From contig JBMYYF010000003.1 of NCBI GenBank assembly GCA_049609145.1, positions 247,770-311,769 on the forward strand: DNA of 64,000 nucleotides, in the 5' to 3' direction. Positions 60,109-64,000 of this stretch are shown here, piece by piece; position 1 is the stretch's first letter, and every line of letters starts with the position of its first letter. Under the pieces are notes generated by a model that did not search any database, was not told where the DNA came from, and saw nothing but the letters and a program-made list of their open reading frames with translations. The position numbers were made by a program, and so were the translations under genes. This stretch comes from Alphaproteobacteria bacterium. GTDB lineage: Bacteria; Pseudomonadota; Alphaproteobacteria; SPJN01.

Positions 60109-61137
60109 ATGTCTGCAAATCTCACATCCCAGCAATGGCGTCTAAAAGAACGGCCAGACGGTTTATTGACCAAGGCGAATTTCGATTGGGTGGAAAACAC
60201 GCTGCCCGACTTAAACGAAGGTGATGTGCTGGTTCGCACCCTTTATCTATCGCTTGATCCCACCAACCGCATTTGGACCTCTGATATCGACCAATACATG
60301 CCCCCAGTAGAATTGGGTGAGGTGATGCGCGGCGGCACGCTTGGCGTGGTAGAGGCAAGCCGCAATGAGGCTTTCCCCGTCGGCACCAAGGTGCAAGGGT
60401 TTTGGGGCTGGCAGTCACATGAAGTTCTGCCCGGCGCTTTTGGCCTTACCCCCCTTCCCGATCTAGGCGGGGCCGTTCCATTAACCGCGTTTTTGTCCGT
60501 CATCGGTCTTACCGGGCTTACCGCCTATTTCGGCCTGCTTGATTGCGGCAATCCGAAAGAAGGCGAAACCGTTGTTGTTTCCGCTGCCGCCGGGGCGGTT
60601 GGCTCCATTGTTGGGCAAATTGCCAAAATCAAAGGCTGCCATGTTGTGGGCATTGCTGGCAGCGATGACAAATGCAAATGGATCACCGACGAGCTGGGCT
60701 TTGATGCCGCCATCAACTACAAGACCGAAGATGTTGGCGCGCAGCTAGACGCCACCTGCCCAAACGGCATTGATGTGTATTTCGAAAATGTCGGCGGCAC
60801 GATAACCGAGGCGGTGATCGATCGGCTCAACAATTTTTCCCGCATCGCCATGTGCGGCCTTATCTCCTCCTACAATGATGAAGGCGCCAGCGCCGCCCCT
60901 TCCAACTACGCCCAATTTCTTATGCGCCGCGTAACGCTCAAAGGTTTCATCCTGACAGATTACCTTGATCGCTTTGAAGAAGGTGCCGCCCAACTTGGCC
61001 AGTGGATCATGGAAGGCAAGTTGAAGTGGGCGGTTGATGTTGTGCCGGGGCTGGAAAACGCGCCCGACGCGCTTGCCAAACTGTTTGATGGCTCAAACAC
61101 CGGCAAACTTATCATTCAAGTATCAGACGAAAATTAG
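60109..61137 (+). CDS. NADP-dependent alkenal/prostaglandin reductase (CurA-like MDR)
   Basis: LSLDP, GLTAYFGL, SAAAGAVG, YFENVGG and GSNTGK motifs. Confidence 0.92.
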   Translation: MSANLTSQQWRLKERPDGLLTKANFDWVENTLPDLNEGDVLVRTLYLSLDPTNRIWTSDIDQYMPPVELGEVMRGGTLGVVEASRNEAFPVGTKVQGFWGWQSHEVLPGAFGLTPLPDLGGAVPLTAFLSVIGLTGLTAYFGLLDCGNPKEGETVVVSAAAGAVGSIVGQIAKIKGCHVVGIAGSDDKCKWITDELGFDAAINYKTEDVGAQLDATCPNGIDVYFENVGGTITEAVIDRLNNFSRIAMCGLISSYNDEGASAAPSNYAQFLMRRVTLKGFILTDYLDRFEEGAAQLGQWIMEGKLKWAVDVVPGLENAPDALAKLFDGSNTGKLIIQVSDEN

Positions 61138-61160
61138 AACCAGTATTACGGAGTTACCTC

Positions 61161-62366
61161 ATGGATATTTCACTCGCCCCGGAAGACGAAGCGTTCCGTC
61201 AGGAAGTGCGTGCGTTTTTGGACGAAAACCTGCCGCAAGACATGCGCCGCGACGCAGCCAAAGCAGCAAGCGTTTTCTCCGAATATGATCTGAACATTCG
61301 CTGGCACAAGATCCTTCATAAAAAAGGCTGGATTGCGCCTAGTTGGCCGGTGGAATATGGCGGCACGGGCTGGACGATCATGCAGCGCTTTATCTGGTCA
61401 TCAGAATGCGCGCGCGCCAACACGCCCAACCTGTCGCCCATGGGGCTTGCCATGGTTGGGCCTTGCATCATGCATATGGGCACGCAGGAACAAAAAGATT
61501 TCTACCTGCCCCGCATTCTTTCAGGCGAGGATTATTGGTGCCAAGGCTATTCCGAACCGGGCAGCGGCTCTGACCTCGCTTCGCTGCAATGTAAAGCGAT
61601 GAAGGATGGTGATCACTACGTAATTAACGGCACCAAAATTTGGACCACCCACGCCCACTTTGCCAATCGCATGTTCTGCTTGGTGCGCACCGACAATTCC
61701 GGCAAGCCGCAGCAGGGCATCACCTTCATTCTGCTGGAGATGGATGATCCCGGCATCACGGTAGAGCCCATCATCACCATGGCGGGTGATCATGAAGTGA
61801 ACCAAGTGTTCTTTGACAATGTGCGCGTGCCTGCCGAAAATGTTGTGGGCGAAGAAAATGATGGCTGGACCGTTGCCAAGCTGCTGCTTGAATTTGAACG
61901 CGGCGGCTCTGGCCGGGGCGCCGGTGTGCTCGAACAGCTCAAACAATTGCGCGAAGTCGCTCAGGCGGAACACTCCGGCACCGGGCAAGCAATGATTGAT
62001 GATCCCGATTTTGCGCGGGAATTTGCCCAACTTACCATTGAGGCCGAAGCGATGCAGTTCAATGAAATGCGCATTGCATCCGCCCTGTCATCCGGTCAAA
62101 ATCCCGGCGCTATTTCATCCATGATGAAGGTGACATCGACAGAGCTGATCCAACGCATCGATACATTGTGCGTGGAATTGGCGGCGTTTTATGGTGCCCC
62201 GCATGAGCCGAAATTCCGCCTGCCCGGCTCCAATATCGAGGCACCGGGTACCGAGTTCGGCAATGTGTCGGTCGCTGCCTATCTCAACAATCGTGCCGCC
62301 TCTATCTATGGTGGCTCCAACCAAGTTCAACGCAATATCATGGCCAAGCTGGTATTGGGCCTTTAG
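61161..62366 (+). CDS. Acyl-CoA dehydrogenase
   Basis: WCQGYSEPGSGSDLA, NGTKIWTT and IYGGSNQVQR motifs. Confidence 0.95.
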   Translation: MDISLAPEDEAFRQEVRAFLDENLPQDMRRDAAKAASVFSEYDLNIRWHKILHKKGWIAPSWPVEYGGTGWTIMQRFIWSSECARANTPNLSPMGLAMVGPCIMHMGTQEQKDFYLPRILSGEDYWCQGYSEPGSGSDLASLQCKAMKDGDHYVINGTKIWTTHAHFANRMFCLVRTDNSGKPQQGITFILLEMDDPGITVEPIITMAGDHEVNQVFFDNVRVPAENVVGEENDGWTVAKLLLEFERGGSGRGAGVLEQLKQLREVAQAEHSGTGQAMIDDPDFAREFAQLTIEAEAMQFNEMRIASALSSGQNPGAISSMMKVTSTELIQRIDTLCVELAAFYGAPHEPKFRLPGSNIEAPGTEFGNVSVAAYLNNRAASIYGGSNQVQRNIMAKLVLGL

Positions 62367-62375
62367 GAGAACACC

Positions 62376-62831
62376 ATGACCGTCGCCGATCACATCGCCC
62401 AGCAACCCGCCCTTGTTCAAAACTGGATCCAATTTATGGGTCTGGTCAATATGACAGCGTTGCTGTTTTTTGTGGTCGGCCTCGGCCGTGGGCTTTTGGG
62501 TCTGCGCGGCCCCAACGGCACCTTCAAGCTCTATTATTGGGAAGGCATGGTGATGTTGGTCGCAGCCGCGATCAGCAGCGCCTTCATGGATTATCTGTTC
62601 GCCGAATATGGTTACACACGCATTTTGGGGCTGGCACATGTCGTGTTCTGGACCCCCGCTGTCGCATGGCTGGCTCTGCGTTTGAAAAAGGGCACCATCC
62701 CTATTCGGTCAATTTTCGGCGGATATATTGCGCTTTTGGTCGCCACCAACACCACCTCGCTGGTGATTGATTACATTGATGTTGCCCGCTATTTGCTGGG
62801 TGATACGGGGATTGTCGGCCCTGCCGCCTAA
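62376..62831 (+). CDS. Membrane protein of unknown function (tandem paralog A)
   Basis: Four TM segments; GYTRILGLAH..FWTP and SLVIDYID..RYL.GD motifs. Confidence 0.75.
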   Translation: MTVADHIAQQPALVQNWIQFMGLVNMTALLFFVVGLGRGLLGLRGPNGTFKLYYWEGMVMLVAAAISSAFMDYLFAEYGYTRILGLAHVVFWTPAVAWLALRLKKGTIPIRSIFGGYIALLVATNTTSLVIDYIDVARYLLGDTGIVGPAA

Positions 62832-62909
62832 GTTCCAGACTTGCATATTGGCCTGATTTCGGCAGACTCCCACAACTGACAAAGTTGTTGATTCGCAAAG
62901 GGTGGCCCC

Positions 62910-63314
62910 ATGGAAACCGAAGCACTCAATCTGGGTAAGCACATCGCACAGGAGCCTATTTGGCTTCAGGCTTGGGTTTTGTGGATGGTGATTGTCAATC
63001 TGGGCATCGCCATTTTTATCCCCTTCAAATGGGCGCGCAAGGAAGCATGGGTGATTGCCATCGCCATGGTGATCAACATTGCCTTCATGAACTTCCTGTT
63101 CAGCCAAACAGGCTATACGCGGCTGCTGGGCCTGTCCCACATCCTGATCTGGACCCCCATGCTGGTGTGGCTTGCCCCGCGCCTGAAACGCCATGGCACC
63201 GGCAACCTCTATGGCCTTGGATTACATACGGTTTTCATCACCAACGCCTTATCCTTGATCGTCGATTACATTGATTTAGTGCGCTATCTGGTGGGAGATG
63301 GCGACCTCGTCTAG
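62910..63314 (+). CDS. Membrane protein of unknown function (tandem paralog B)
   Basis: GYTRLLGLSH..IWTP and SLIVDYID..RYL.GD motifs. Confidence 0.75.
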   Translation: METEALNLGKHIAQEPIWLQAWVLWMVIVNLGIAIFIPFKWARKEAWVIAIAMVINIAFMNFLFSQTGYTRLLGLSHILIWTPMLVWLAPRLKRHGTGNLYGLGLHTVFITNALSLIVDYIDLVRYLVGDGDLV

Positions 63315-63427
63315 CGCCCTCAAAAAACTGACGTTGAAACTCATCAAAAGCACAGTTAGGCGGGTTTAACCCGACTTGATGCAAGTTTTGGCCCATGCCA
63401 CGCTTCCCCGACAGTTCAGGGGGTTTC

Positions 63428-64000
63428 ATGAGCCAAAATTTCGACGCGATTGTCGTGGGTGCCGGTTTCGCCGGCATGGCAATGATCCAAAAATTGCAGA
63501 ACGACAACTTCAGCGTTCAAGGCTTCGAGCGCGGGGATGATGTGGGCGGCACCTGGTATTGGAACCGCTATCCCGGTTGCCGCTGCGATGTGGAGAGCTT
63601 GGAATATTCCTACCAGTTCGATGAAGCCTTGCAGCAGGAGTGGCGTTGGTCTGAACGCTATGCCAGCCAGCCGGAAATTTTGGACTATGCCCGCCACGTT
63701 GCCGACCGATACAAGCTGCGCGACCACATTCAATTTGGCACCACCGTTGCCGCTGCCACATGGCAGGCGGCGCAAGGCCACTGGCACATCACCACCGATA
63801 GGGGCGACACCTTCACCAGCCAATTTCTGATCATGGCGGTGGGCTGCCTTAGCGCCACCAACACGCCGAAGATTGAGGGGCTGGAAAGTTTTGCAGGCAA
63901 GCACTACCACACCGGGGCATGGCCCCATGACGGCGTGGACATGCAAAGCAAACGCGTCGCGGTAATCGGCACGGGATCATCGGGCATTCAATCCATTCCA
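63428..64000 (+). CDS. Type I Baeyer-Villiger monooxygenase (cyclohexanone monooxygenase-like), truncated by the window edge
   Basis: GAGFAG, GGTWYWNRYPG, FAGKHYHTGAWP (FxGxxxHxxxWP fingerprint) and GTGSSG motifs. Confidence 0.93.
   Translation, partial: MSQNFDAIVVGAGFAGMAMIQKLQNDNFSVQGFERGDDVGGTWYWNRYPGCRCDVESLEYSYQFDEALQQEWRWSERYASQPEILDYARHVADRYKLRDHIQFGTTVAAATWQAAQGHWHITTDRGDTFTSQFLIMAVGCLSATNTPKIEGLESFAGKHYHTGAWPHDGVDMQSKRVAVIGTGSSGIQSIP

Overview
A 64-kb chromosomal segment of an alphaproteobacterium, judged from the dcw/rnpB synteny, the SahR-metF-split metH layout and NadQ-nadABC. Left arm (minus strand): the dcw cluster (mraZ-rsmH-ftsL-ftsI-murE-murF-mraY-murD-ftsW, running off the left edge), RNase P RNA, an AmiD-type amidase, an EamA transporter and djlA. 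From ~13.0 to 20.15 kb is an accessory block. It holds a candidate structured sRNA with C-rich loops behind a DnaA-box/GANTC-rich promoter, and three modular paralogous secreted Ig-like proteins of no recognisable family, two of which share a near-identical duplicated 5' leader. It also holds a PhyH dioxygenase, a TetR/MBL pair and a minimal serine hydrolase. Next come the methionine module (sahR, metF, split metH), mlaA-mlaC, a TonB receptor with Fur/Mur-type boxes, ettA and catabolic genes including a catalytically degenerate ALDH. A type II quinohemoprotein ADH sits next to rmuC and pqqABCDE. Further right are tRNA-Ser(GGA) with two ORFans, nadQ-nadABC with two NadQ operators, a stand-alone MurG-like gene, an Ntn acylase and a lipid-catabolic run ending in a truncated Baeyer-Villiger monooxygenase. 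I saw no CRISPR, rRNA, integrase or transposase. All calls come from motifs read by eye; no searches were run.
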